The translations under genes and the position numbers were made by a program. A model generated the notes under the pieces. The model was not told where the DNA came from, did no database searches, and was given only the letters and a program-made list of their open reading frames with translations. A stretch of DNA of 64,000 nt from Candidatus Atabeyarchaeum deiterrae (lineage in GTDB: Archaea > Asgardarchaeota > Atabeyarchaeia > Atabeyarchaeales > Atabeyarchaeaceae), in the NCBI GenBank assembly GCA_037310415.1, contig CP147780.1, positions 2,592,001-2,656,000 of the forward strand. Direction: 5' to 3'. Below are positions 9,558-19,502 of the stretch, one piece after another; the first letter of the stretch is position 1; each line of letters begins with the position of its first letter.

Positions 9558-11039
9558 CTAGCTCTTTTCCACCCAAGAGAATTTGTGCTGAAGTGCCGTC
9601 GGGTAGTAGAGTTTCCAGTCGTAGTCCACCTTAGTAAACCATTTGTAGAAAACACGTGGGTCAATGTAGCTCTTGAGGGACGTTCTTAGATTGTAATTCT
9701 TGGTTGCCTCCATGAGTTCTATCTTGATCTTCAACTCTCTGGCGCGCCTTTTCGACTTCTCATCCGCCTTCGTTTGAAGCGCTTCAAGCGTTCCTTTCTT
9801 CTTGGCGATGCTTTCTGCCCAGTTCTTGGGGAGCTGCTTCTTGTGGTTACACTCAATGGCCGCCTTCAGATTCGCCATGGTCGCAGCATACTTCTTGTCT
9901 ATGTCTGGGTCATCGCTGCGCACATTGGCATCCTCGAGGGATCTTGCGACAACGTTAGAAGCATGATAGGTTCTGAACACCTTGGCAGTGAGTCCCGGTA
10001 TAACTTTGCTCAGGAAGTTTTTCACATGGCTGGATCTGACTCCTTCGAAAATCGACGAACGTGCGTCACCAATAAACTCTCTCAGGTTGTCAATAGCTTC
10101 CGGTCGCAACTGCACCTCCTTTTCCCATTGTACTGAGTCTTTCCCCAAGAAATCGAATCTCACATAACCATTCTCTTGTATTTTCACATGATCAGGTCTC
10201 AGAGTAGTTGCGCCGACCGTGTCGGCCTCCTCCTTACTCTTCTCGTCGCCGACTCTCAACTTCAGCTCGTCTATCAAGTAACAGACAGTGGCTACTTTTC
10301 TTGTCATTAGATCTTCCGAAGTCAGGTTCTTGTAAATATGGTTTCTTAATTCATTGATCTTTTGCTCAAGTCTGGTCGCTTTGTTGAATTTCTTGATTTC
10401 TTGTTCTTGTTTTACGCCTACAGTGTCGGCAAGCCAAATGTATTTCACTTTGCGGCTGAGTCTGTCATCCCATTTTGCTATCCACATAGAATCCCGTTGC
10501 CAATCCCTCTTCCATGAACCTTCAGGGAGTTGTGCATCCGGAGATAGGTTTAGTATTATGTCTTCCTGACTGGGTCCTTGCTTCCATTTGCCTCGGAGGG
10601 GATGTTTTCCTCGGCCCATGAATATGCACGACGGTTCTCCGACATAGTTTCCAAGTTCTACCTTGGCTCCGTCAAGAGCTGCGAAACCATAGTTCTCTCT
10701 GTTCTGCTCCCGTAAAGTCTTTCGGTCAGCGGCTTGCTTCTTTTTCTCTTCCTTGCTCATACTCGCCTTAACAAGTTTCTCTCTCTCAACGGTCCTCTGG
10801 ATCTCAGAAAAATCAATGTCATTTGGGGTTATGGTTTCTCCAACTCCAAGTGCCTCTGAAAAATCTTGGAAGAAGTTCTTGACGAATATCTCATCCTGCA
10901 CGTATACGGTTCCGAGCTTTTTCACCCAGGCTACTGCCATCTCCTCTTGACGCGGGGTGAGTTTGACCTTCTTACCTCTGACAATTATGGAGTAACCTTT
11001 GGGCTCATACCTAGGGAGTATTATGCCATTATGGATCAA
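9558..11039 (-). CDS. DNA topoisomerase IB (eukaryote-like long form)
   Basis: HNG, FxGRGKHPLRG, LRVGDEK, DTVG, FDFLGKDS, LTAKVFRTY, CNH, TSLKSYIDPR (catalytic Tyr). Confidence 0.95.
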   Translation of the reverse strand: MIHNGIILPRYEPKGYSIIVRGKKVKLTPRQEEMAVAWVKKLGTVYVQDEIFVKNFFQDFSEALGVGETITPNDIDFSEIQRTVEREKLVKASMSKEEKKKQAADRKTLREQNRENYGFAALDGAKVELGNYVGEPSCIFMGRGKHPLRGKWKQGPSQEDIILNLSPDAQLPEGSWKRDWQRDSMWIAKWDDRLSRKVKYIWLADTVGVKQEQEIKKFNKATRLEQKINELRNHIYKNLTSEDLMTRKVATVCYLIDELKLRVGDEKSKEEADTVGATTLRPDHVKIQENGYVRFDFLGKDSVQWEKEVQLRPEAIDNLREFIGDARSSIFEGVRSSHVKNFLSKVIPGLTAKVFRTYHASNVVARSLEDANVRSDDPDIDKKYAATMANLKAAIECNHKKQLPKNWAESIAKKKGTLEALQTKADEKSKRRARELKIKIELMEATKNYNLRTSLKSYIDPRVFYKWFTKVDYDWKLYYPTALQHKFSWVEKS

Positions 11040-11313
11040 TTGCTTTAAGGGCAGCGCCCCCCGCGTGGCTTAACAGTGCAATGTTTCATTATTGTTCGTC
11101 AATCCATAGGTGACAAGTTTTCGCTCACACTTGTTTCCAAACATTCTTCTCTCAGCAGCCAGCTTTTCATGGTCTCTTTCAGCATGCTTTGGAGTGAAGT
11201 TGCTGGTTTTCCTCCATCTAACTTCTAACACGACAGTTTAAAACTTTTATGTAGAAGGTAATTTAACATGCAGAAGGTGACTATGAGAATTGACTACCCG
11301 CCATTCAGAATGA

Positions 11314-11763
11314 GTGAAATCCATGAGGAGGACAAACAAAACGATGACTGTTATGACTAAAATCATTCACGTTGAAAGCAAAGGTGAGTCCGATATCACA
11401 GACATAACCAGAGAAGTGGAGAGAGTTGTTGGGGAATCAGGGGTTCAGAATGGAATAGTCGCGCTGTTTGTTCAAGGCTCAACGGGTGCCTTAACAACGG
11501 CAGAGTATGAGGATGGTTTGATCAAGGATTTATCGAAGGCATTGGAGCGACTAGCCCCAAAGAACGTTGTCTACGAACATGAGAAAAGATGGCATGATGG
11601 TAACGGTCATTCACATGTCAAGGCATCAATAGTAGGATCAAGCCTTGTTGTCCCATTTACAGAGAGGAGATTGACTCTCGGGGCATGGCAACAGATTGTA
11701 TTCATCGAGCTTGACACGAAGAGTAGATCAAGAGATCTCGTGGTTCAAATCGTGGGCGAGTAG
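11314..11763 (+). CDS. yjbQ: YjbQ/UPF0047 family protein
   Basis: GSTGALTT.EYE, YEH..DGNGHSH, LGAWQQI; true start probably near 11344. Confidence 0.9.
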   Translation: MKSMRRTNKTMTVMTKIIHVESKGESDITDITREVERVVGESGVQNGIVALFVQGSTGALTTAEYEDGLIKDLSKALERLAPKNVVYEHEKRWHDGNGHSHVKASIVGSSLVVPFTERRLTLGAWQQIVFIELDTKSRSRDLVVQIVGE

Positions 11764-11904
11764 AAGGTGGATCAAGGCAAATGCAATTTGACCTCACTGT
11801 TGCAGCCGACAGAGTCAGTGTTACACCATAACTCTTAATTCTCAGCGGACTCTAGATGGTTTTCTCGTCTTTCGAGCACCTCGCTACTCGCTTCCTCACA
11901 AAGG

Positions 11905-13242
11905 TTGGGAAGCAAATCCTTGAAACAGCCATCGCCTGAAGCACGCGCGCCACCGGAGACGAAGCGTTTGGAATCGGAGCAACTCGTGGACCACAAAGGA
12001 ATACGAATTCTGAATCTGTCAACTGGCATATCTTCAATTATTTTCGGCGCACGTAACTTGACCTTTGCACTATACTTAGGATACATTGGCTTTGACTCTA
12101 CACTTATTGGAATAATGTTTACACTAAGCGCCCTTGTTGGAGCGACCTTCGCCATCCCTATAGGGGCACTTGCTGACAGATGGGGCAGGAAGAAGTTCAT
12201 AGTTGTTGGTAGGATTCTCCAGTCAACTGGAATTCTGCTTCTGGTATTCTTCACTCAGTTCTCGTATTTGTTGGCAGGCATGATGTTTCAAGACATCGGC
12301 ATGGCTGCATCTCAATCACCATTGAATGCACTGCTCGCCGATAAGAGCCCAAGTGAGAAAAGGAATGCGACCTTCAGCCGCAACTACATGTTCTTGGCGG
12401 TGGGGTCAGCTGTTGGGTCGGTCGTGAGCATTGTCCCGCATTATCTCAGAGTCAACTCGGGATTCGGCTCGACGGAATCCTACATTCCCTTATTCGCGAT
12501 CTTGTTCCTTGCCGGCTTGTTTTCGTTGTTCGTAGTGGCCTTCGTTCGTGAAAGCAAGCAGTCGAAGGTACCTCAAGAAGATAGGCAGCAAGCAAAAAGA
12601 CGGGTTAGACTCACGTCTGCCGACAAGATACTCAAGTATTCCTTGACTTTGTCCATAATTCAGCTTGGTGCTGGAATGATCATCACGCTGTTCTCGTACT
12701 GGCTCAATCGCGCATTTGGCGTACAGGAGATGGAACTTGCACCTCTCTACGTCATAGTCAATCTCTCGATGGGTCTGGGGTATTATTTGGCTAATTGGCT
12801 CGCGTCTCAAGTTGGTTCAGTCCCGAGCATCGTTGTGTCCCAGACGCTTGCAATCGTGTTGTTGGTTGCGATACCTAATATACAAACATTTGAACTTGTA
12901 GGCGCTATATACGTCATCAGAACAATGCTCATGAATATGTCGACTCCAATCCTGACATCATTCATAACGGGGGTCGTACCATTTAATGAGAGAGCATCAG
13001 CGCTAGGTATATCTAACAGCACTGGGACAGTGGCGAGGTCCATAGGCCCAGCTGTTGGCGGTTACCTCATGGGACAGGTGTCAATGGCAATGCCATTCTA
13101 TGTGTGCGGGGTGCTCTACGCGGTTTCCACAGCCTTGTTCTACGGATTCTTTAGAAAAACTAGAGTTGATGAAAAGCTTCTGTCGTCCAACTCGACCTCT
13201 GAATCGCGACATTCTCAGTCTAACAAGCGCGCAGGGACATAG
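11905..13242 (+). CDS. MFS transporter
   Basis: About 12 TM segments; motif A GALADRWGRK. Confidence 0.9.
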   Translation: MGSKSLKQPSPEARAPPETKRLESEQLVDHKGIRILNLSTGISSIIFGARNLTFALYLGYIGFDSTLIGIMFTLSALVGATFAIPIGALADRWGRKKFIVVGRILQSTGILLLVFFTQFSYLLAGMMFQDIGMAASQSPLNALLADKSPSEKRNATFSRNYMFLAVGSAVGSVVSIVPHYLRVNSGFGSTESYIPLFAILFLAGLFSLFVVAFVRESKQSKVPQEDRQQAKRRVRLTSADKILKYSLTLSIIQLGAGMIITLFSYWLNRAFGVQEMELAPLYVIVNLSMGLGYYLANWLASQVGSVPSIVVSQTLAIVLLVAIPNIQTFELVGAIYVIRTMLMNMSTPILTSFITGVVPFNERASALGISNSTGTVARSIGPAVGGYLMGQVSMAMPFYVCGVLYAVSTALFYGFFRKTRVDEKLLSSNSTSESRHSQSNKRAGT

Positions 13243-13325
13243 ATACTGAAAAATAGGAAAATGACGGAGTATGCAATACGGATTCGCAAGTGGCCAATGA
13301 ATCCGACTATTGTCTCTAGTTTATT

Positions 13326-13670
13326 TTACTCCGTCTTCTTCGCTTTCTTAGCTGGTTTCTTCTTTTTCACTTTGGATTCTTCTTCCTTCTCAAGCTCCTC
13401 GAATGGAACCGGTGGCGGAGTTCTGAACATTGTCCAGCCTATCCATATTACGATAAAGAGCACCAGAGTCAATGCCAGCCACATTGGAAACGCAAGGAAC
13501 CAATACCACGAAGGTACGATTTCGCTCTCCAGTATGTGTGGGAACCAATACAGGATGGAAGGCCAGAAACGATGGAAGATCGGGATGATGAAGACATTGA
13601 TAGTGTAGTAGAGCCAAATGAGTATTCCGAAGAGGAAGAATATGAATCCGAGAATTCTATCCTTTGCCAT
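13326..13670 (-). CDS. Small membrane protein, DPM2 (dolichol-phosphate mannose synthase regulatory subunit)-like
   Basis: D.ILG...YYT..V..IP...A.P..L pattern resembles eukaryotic DPM2; archaeal-type WIGWTM.RTPPP tail. Confidence 0.6.
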   Translation of the reverse strand: MAKDRILGFIFFLFGILIWLYYTINVFIIPIFHRFWPSILYWFPHILESEIVPSWYWFLAFPMWLALTLVLFIVIWIGWTMFRTPPPVPFEELEKEEESKVKKKKPAKKAKKTE

Positions 13671-13801
13671 TGGTCGTGACCCTTCTTGTTTCGAGTTGTT
13701 CCTTCGATTATGACCCTTGTCGTCTGTGCTTTTGTTATGTTCTGTTGGTATATAAGTTTATAGCCCTGTCGATAAGCATATTAGTGAATTAGACCACAAT
13801 T

Positions 13802-14140
13802 GTGGTCATGGTGATACCTATGGTGGATGGTGTAATCGTTAAGTCGCGATTCCCTATGCCTCTCTTGAAAGTTGTCGACCTAGTGAAAGATAGGTTCGGG
13901 ATTAGCAGGGCACAGGCAATAAAGTTCCTGACGATTCTTGGGGTCAGATTGTATAACATTGGCTTGACCGAGCGAGCCTTGAGGCTATATGAGGAGGGAA
14001 AGGCTTCCGTTGGCAAGGCTGCAGAGATAGCGGGAATGCCTATAGATTCATTCGTTTATGTCGCTTCAGCCAAAGGCATAAGATCTAATATAAAAGAAAG
14101 CATAAAGGGTCTGATTGACGCACTGAAAACCGAGCGCTAG
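13802..14140 (+). CDS. UPF0175-family protein
   Basis: ALRLYEEGKASVGKAAEIAGM motif. Confidence 0.7.
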   Translation: MVMVIPMVDGVIVKSRFPMPLLKVVDLVKDRFGISRAQAIKFLTILGVRLYNIGLTERALRLYEEGKASVGKAAEIAGMPIDSFVYVASAKGIRSNIKESIKGLIDALKTER

Positions 14141-14151
14141 CAGTTCCATCT

Positions 14152-14586
14152 TCACTTCTTCGTAGGCTTCTTGGCTGGAACTCTCTCCTTTTCCTCCTCC
14201 TTCCCTCTCTCCTTCTCTACTTCAAGTATGGCCTCAGCAGCTCTACCGAGTTCACTTATCAGAATCCCTATTTTTGCCTCCCGCCTCGCCAATAACGTTA
14301 TTGCACTGTGGTCTCCTACTCTTCCTATGACGATGTATCCATCTGTGCATTTGACGAAAACTTGTTCGACTCCCCCTAGCTGCAGTACGTCGGCACTGAG
14401 TTTTCCTAAGTTGAGTAGGGTAGCTGTTATCGCAGCAACTACATCCTGAGATGAGTCTCCGTGGAGAGCGTTTGCTATCATCATTCCGTCGTAGCTTACA
14501 AGCGCTGCACCTTCTATCTCAGCCGTGCGACCTGTGATTTCTTTCAGAGCAAACCTGATCTTCTCCACGTCAACTGGCACGTCCAT
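14152..14586 (-). CDS. Roadblock/LC7 domain protein
   Basis: IEGAALVSYDGMMIA, VAAITA, LGGVEQVFV..DGY, AKIGIL. Confidence 0.88.
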   Translation of the reverse strand: MDVPVDVEKIRFALKEITGRTAEIEGAALVSYDGMMIANALHGDSSQDVVAAITATLLNLGKLSADVLQLGGVEQVFVKCTDGYIVIGRVGDHSAITLLARREAKIGILISELGRAAEAILEVEKERGKEEEKERVPAKKPTKK

Positions 14587-14793
14587 GTGTCTTCTAACTC
14601 CACCAGCTTATCTGAGACTCGAGATACGACAACTAGAACTAGCAGGAGCAGTTTCCTGAGATCACCATATTAACCTATTTTGCTGCAGCTAAATAATGTT
14701 TCGCCCTTTTTTGATGAAATCTGGCAACTGATTGAGAATTCTGAACCATTTGTCCACCTATCGATGATCTCGCCAACTTATTAAATAGAATAC

Positions 14794-15807
14794 GTGTTCT
14801 CACTCTGTTACGCAATTATGACCAATCCGTTCGGAAATGATATCTTCCACACAAGGGAGTCATACATCTCAATGCTTGCTGACACCAGGATTGCTGTCGC
14901 TGAATCAGGTGGAGTCGAGATATTCGCTCATGAAGGAATAAGAGCGATCTCCCTCACTAATAGCCCCTATTATGCTCACGCGCACCCGGCTGCTTTAGAC
15001 ATGTACCCAAGGGGAAACGTTAGCGTTGTACTCAGTCCTGTTGAGGGACGTGTTGTAGGAATTCGCGTTGTGAGGACCCCTCGACCTAAATACTTCAAAC
15101 CTGATGAAAATGAGAAGCTTCTTCTGATGGCCAATGATTCTAAGCTAGTCACAAAGATACTGCACATTGGACCTACCGTACAGGTGGGGGAATTCGTTGA
15201 GACACTGTCGCCAATAGGAAAGTATGTGCGGAGTGGATTCTTCAATTTCTGGACTGGGAACCATCTGCATGTCGAAGTGAGATTGGCAAGTGACCCAATA
15301 AGAGCGCGTGGTTCTCTGCCAGTGGCCCCAGCTTTGCTGGGAGGTGACGAAGATACTGCTGAATGTGAGGCGAACCCGCATAACATCCCTTGTGAGGTTG
15401 TGGAGGCATCCACCGAGTCCCTCCTGCTAAAGCCCACGATCCCTTTCGCAACGCGTCTTAGTGGCTATGTGGGGCTCAGAGTCACGGTAGGCAATGCTGT
15501 GCCAGGACTTTTGGATGGAGGATTCCCCCACTACGGTTTCGGCGGAGTCTTGATTCCGAGAGATGCAAAAGTGAGTACTGGTGAGCTTGTTCGGATCGGA
15601 GACTTGATCATAGGAGAGACTGTGAGGAGATTGATGTCCGACGGAGGTCTCCCCCACCACTTTATTCCCGTGAAGTTCCAAAAAGGGGCTGCAGATTTCA
15701 CTTTCAGAATCCAAAGTAATAAGAGGTCTCTCCCTGTCGCTAGGCCTTGCTTCCCCCCAGTCTTTGCTTCTGAAAGCAGTTCCCCATCAACCATTCTCGC
15801 TTGGTGA
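14794..15807 (+). CDS. Conserved archaeal protein with M23/LytM-like motifs, possibly frameshifted near its 3' end
   Basis: SPYYAH..AALD, SPVEGRV, HLHVEVR; alternative frame after the A5G4 run at 15680-15688 stays open to 15898. Confidence 0.55.
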   Translation: MFSLCYAIMTNPFGNDIFHTRESYISMLADTRIAVAESGGVEIFAHEGIRAISLTNSPYYAHAHPAALDMYPRGNVSVVLSPVEGRVVGIRVVRTPRPKYFKPDENEKLLLMANDSKLVTKILHIGPTVQVGEFVETLSPIGKYVRSGFFNFWTGNHLHVEVRLASDPIRARGSLPVAPALLGGDEDTAECEANPHNIPCEVVEASTESLLLKPTIPFATRLSGYVGLRVTVGNAVPGLLDGGFPHYGFGGVLIPRDAKVSTGELVRIGDLIIGETVRRLMSDGGLPHHFIPVKFQKGAADFTFRIQSNKRSLPVARPCFPPVFASESSSPSTILAW

Positions 15808-16045
15808 GTTGAGAATAATACAGAATAATATAGTTATATCAATCCATAGTATCGACACTCACAACGAAAGACATATGAGGAAGACAGCCTCAATCTAGGT
15901 AACGCCACCAAGATATGGAGAGGCCCACTTTAATCCCCCTCCCCCCTCCTCAACTGCAAGAAAGAAGAGTGTAAACATCTTCTTTTTTTGAGTGGGTCCC
16001 ATTTTTTCTTGGTGGTGACTTCTTAGATTAGCGCGTCGCTTCATG

Positions 16046-16840
16046 CTAGGCTGACTTTCTATGCGACACTACTACTTCTCCAAGTGCTCCAGCAACTCCA
16101 CCCGCGGCTATATGATAGACGAAGAGAGTCGGCAAGAACACGCGGAACAAGTAACCCCATGGCAACGTCGATTGATCAAGTGTAAAGCCTTGACTCGTTA
16201 GCCATTGTCCATAGACAAGCGCAGACACGACAAAGATGATCAGCGTCAAGATCGCAGCGAGTACTCCACCTGCCAGAAAGCCTTCATCAAGCCGCACGTA
16301 GAAGTATCTTCTCTGCGCAACAACTTCATGATGACCACTTCTTCTGCCGCAGACGAGCTGAGTCACGATTCCAGCCATGAACCCACCCAAAACTGGAAAG
16401 ACTATTGTCAAGATGTCTGGGAAAGTGCAGATTGAAACCACCAAGTAATAGAGGAACACGAAGAGAGGCATGTTCGACTGAATGGATTGGATGTCAGTAT
16501 AGCTGATGAGGTTTAGCGATGCGTTATATGGACCCAAACCTGTTGTCGATATGCTATTAGCTCTCAGCGAGAACTCCAAAGGACCGAGAAGAACCAAAGT
16601 CGTGAAGAAAACTAGCCAACCGATGATTCCACCGAGTATAGTGGCCTTGAAGTTTATCTTTCTCTTCTTGGCAGCTCGAGCCTTCGGAGATAGCTCCTCA
16701 ATTTCATAGAATAAAGCCAATAGTTCCGGGATATAGTCCTCACTGCTGATCTGCCCAGAACTTAATCTTTCTTCCAATTGCTTTATCTTTGCGTCAATGT
16801 CTTTAATCCTCTTGTCCATTTTAGGCGCGCTTTCTCCCAT
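16046..16840 (-). CDS. Hypothetical membrane protein (N-terminal coiled coil, ~4-5 TM)
   Basis: Charged helical N-terminus followed by hydrophobic segments. Confidence 0.7.
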   Translation of the reverse strand: MGESAPKMDKRIKDIDAKIKQLEERLSSGQISSEDYIPELLALFYEIEELSPKARAAKKRKINFKATILGGIIGWLVFFTTLVLLGPLEFSLRANSISTTGLGPYNASLNLISYTDIQSIQSNMPLFVFLYYLVVSICTFPDILTIVFPVLGGFMAGIVTQLVCGRRSGHHEVVAQRRYFYVRLDEGFLAGGVLAAILTLIIFVVSALVYGQWLTSQGFTLDQSTLPWGYLFRVFLPTLFVYHIAAGGVAGALGEVVVSHRKSA

Positions 16841-16973
16841 TAGCAGTGACTCTCCTCATCCAAGTTTCTCGTTTCTCCCACTCACTCCCAACCGCCAGTA
16901 ATTATGATGATTCTGTTTCGCAGCTATCCATTTTTGTCAACTTATGTAAGAGACTTCTCTGGCTGAGCTCGGG

Positions 16974-17942
16974 CTATTGACCACGATCGGTCTTGCCTTC
17001 CTTCAACAATTGCAGTATCCTCTTGTGAGTCTCCAGTGGGGGTCTCACGGTATTAACCAAGTACGTGTCTACTTTACTCAGATATTGTCTGAAGAAGTCT
17101 TTTCTCAATCTGAGCTTACGCTCATCTTTCACAAGTTGGTGAGGATTGCAGAAGTCATGGTCAACAAGGTACTCCAACGCTTCGTCTGGAGTCATTTCAG
17201 CGACTATTCTGGGATCTTTGGGATCCCTTTCAAGCAAAATTACCTTCTTCATTGTCGTCTCAGTTCTTATCCGTCCCTTCCCAACTACCCACCTCAGGTT
17301 CACCACAGCGCGCTCCTTGTTGTCGAAATGAGCTTTCTCAACGAGTTGCTTGTATTCAGTCCAGATGTCTCCAACGTCAATACGTATATAGAAATTCTTC
17401 TCGCTTCCGAATACAACCGCGTCTTCACCCATCAAACGAACGAAATACCAGTCATCGCTTATCAGACGTGTCTCAGGCTGCCGGAGTAGGCCGTAAGAAT
17501 GGGTACTCTTTCCAGTGTTTGATGGCGCTATTATTGACACTCCAGTACCGTTGAAATCCACGGCAGCCCCATGCACATGGTAAATCTGATGTTCATCTTC
17601 CAGCACATCGCCCGCTATGGCAAGCGCAAGTGATTTTGTCCAGCCATAGTAGTCGCAGTTGAGCAAGAATAGTGTCTTGGTGAACGCGTCATACTGAACC
17701 TTCATTCTCTCTATGCTTGGATCAGTAAGAGCGTATAGCCTTCCGTGCGATCTTATGTTCTGGCTTATGAAGTAGAAGTTCTCCTGCCATCTGTTCTTCG
17801 TGTCCTCGTTGTCCGTAAGGAGTTTTATGCAACAACCGTAAATGTCCGACTTGTTTTCGTAGAGAACTTTGTCTCCGTACTTCTCTATTAACTCATCTCT
17901 TTCATCTACATTGACTGGCTCCACAGTATACGACAAGATCAT
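16974..17942 (-). CDS. HPr-kinase/PEPCK-like P-loop protein
   Basis: VHGAAV, APSNTGKST, ISDDW motifs; start placed at MILSY. Confidence 0.75.
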   Translation of the reverse strand: MILSYTVEPVNVDERDELIEKYGDKVLYENKSDIYGCCIKLLTDNEDTKNRWQENFYFISQNIRSHGRLYALTDPSIERMKVQYDAFTKTLFLLNCDYYGWTKSLALAIAGDVLEDEHQIYHVHGAAVDFNGTGVSIIAPSNTGKSTHSYGLLRQPETRLISDDWYFVRLMGEDAVVFGSEKNFYIRIDVGDIWTEYKQLVEKAHFDNKERAVVNLRWVVGKGRIRTETTMKKVILLERDPKDPRIVAEMTPDEALEYLVDHDFCNPHQLVKDERKLRLRKDFFRQYLSKVDTYLVNTVRPPLETHKRILQLLKEGKTDRGQ

Positions 17943-18146
17943 TCTCACACTCATCCAGTTGTCACAGATAGACGACAATGGCACAAGCTGCGATATATGT
18001 ATTTGTCGAATCAAGCTGGAACCTGATTCTATTCCAACGAGCATAAGTTGCCCGCATGAAACACTACAAATAAAACCTAGGAATCCAACTATATATTATG
18101 CATGCGGAGTGGCTCTCCAGTGAAGAGCTGGGAAGTGAACAGAAAC

Positions 18147-19463
18147 ATGTCCTCATGGTCTTCTCCCTTTCAGGATCATTCTTCGAAGGTAATCAAAGGT
18201 GCAACAAGTAGTGTTCTTAGTGGAAAAAAGATCGTCCTATGCATAACCGGAAGCGTTGCAGCGGTTGAGTGCCCCATAATTGCGAGAGAGTTGATGAGAC
18301 ATGGGGCAGAGGTGTACGCTGTCATGTCCCCTGCAGCCTGTAGCATAATACATCCTAATCTAATGGAGTGGGCCACGGGCAATAGAGTCATAACCCACTT
18401 GACTGGCCAGGTCGAACATGTTTCTCTTGGCGGCGACTCACCAGGACATGCAGACCTAATTCTAGTCGCTCCCACCACCGCTAACACTATTGGCAAAGTC
18501 GCCAGCGGAATCGATGATACACCTGTGACAACAGTTGTAAGCACTGCCTTCGGCTCTGGGATGCCTATTCTAATGGTTCCAGCAATGCATGAGACTCTAT
18601 ATAGGCACCCGATCGTTCTTGAAAATATTGAGAAACTGAAATCTCATGGAGTAGTCTTCCTCGGACCAAGAATGGAGGAAGGAAAAGCAAAGATTGCCCG
18701 CACAGATAGCATCGTAAACAAGGTGATCGATGTTCTCACAAAACCCAAGGACATGGCAGGGTTACATGTTCTCATAACTGCCGGTCCTACAAGAGAATAC
18801 ATCGACAGGGTTCGCTTCATCAGCAACCCGAGCTCCGGGAAGATGGGAGTCGCCATTGCACAGGAGGCGGCTGCCCGTGGCGCAAAAGTTACGCTTGTGT
18901 ATGGCATCGGAATGACTTCTGAACCGCCGATTGATCTAAAATGCATTCCTGTTGTGACAACAGAAGACATGATGAACGCCGTCTTGAATGAAATGAAATT
19001 GTGCCACTGTCATATCTTTGTGGGAACCGCCGCTGTTTCCGATTATGCGCCAACCCAGAAAGTTGATGGCAAGATCCCGTCGGGACAGAAGGACTTATCA
19101 ATCCACTTAAAGCCGCTTCCCAGAATAGTGAAGGCAGTAAAAGAGGAGAGCGACGAAACTTATGTAGTTGGGTTCAAGGCGGAGTACAATGTCTCTGAGT
19201 CAGAGTTGATCGAAAGAGCGTACAGCAGAGTCCAAGAGATAGGATTGGATCTCATAGTAGCAAACGATGTTTCGAAAGAAGGAGTTGGATTCTCGACAGA
19301 CACCAATGAGGTGTACATAGTTGACCCGCAGAAACGTGTCACACATGTCAGCCTTTCGTCCAAGAGAGATGTAGCTTCCAGGATATTTGACATCACAATG
19401 GATCACTACAACGGGAAGCGAGGAATTATCAAGGAGAAAGCCAAGACAAAGGAGAAGGCTTGA
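18147..19463 (+). CDS. coaBC: Bifunctional phosphopantothenoylcysteine decarboxylase / phosphopantothenate-cysteine ligase
   Basis: ITGSVAA, APTTANTIGK, PAMH, TAGPTRE.ID.VRFISN.SSGKMG, AAVSDY, GFKAE, VANDV. Confidence 0.96.
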   Translation: MSSWSSPFQDHSSKVIKGATSSVLSGKKIVLCITGSVAAVECPIIARELMRHGAEVYAVMSPAACSIIHPNLMEWATGNRVITHLTGQVEHVSLGGDSPGHADLILVAPTTANTIGKVASGIDDTPVTTVVSTAFGSGMPILMVPAMHETLYRHPIVLENIEKLKSHGVVFLGPRMEEGKAKIARTDSIVNKVIDVLTKPKDMAGLHVLITAGPTREYIDRVRFISNPSSGKMGVAIAQEAAARGAKVTLVYGIGMTSEPPIDLKCIPVVTTEDMMNAVLNEMKLCHCHIFVGTAAVSDYAPTQKVDGKIPSGQKDLSIHLKPLPRIVKAVKEESDETYVVGFKAEYNVSESELIERAYSRVQEIGLDLIVANDVSKEGVGFSTDTNEVYIVDPQKRVTHVSLSSKRDVASRIFDITMDHYNGKRGIIKEKAKTKEKA

Positions 19464-19502
19464 CCAAAGAACCAATAGGGCAGTTGGAAGACTTGGATAC
19501 AC

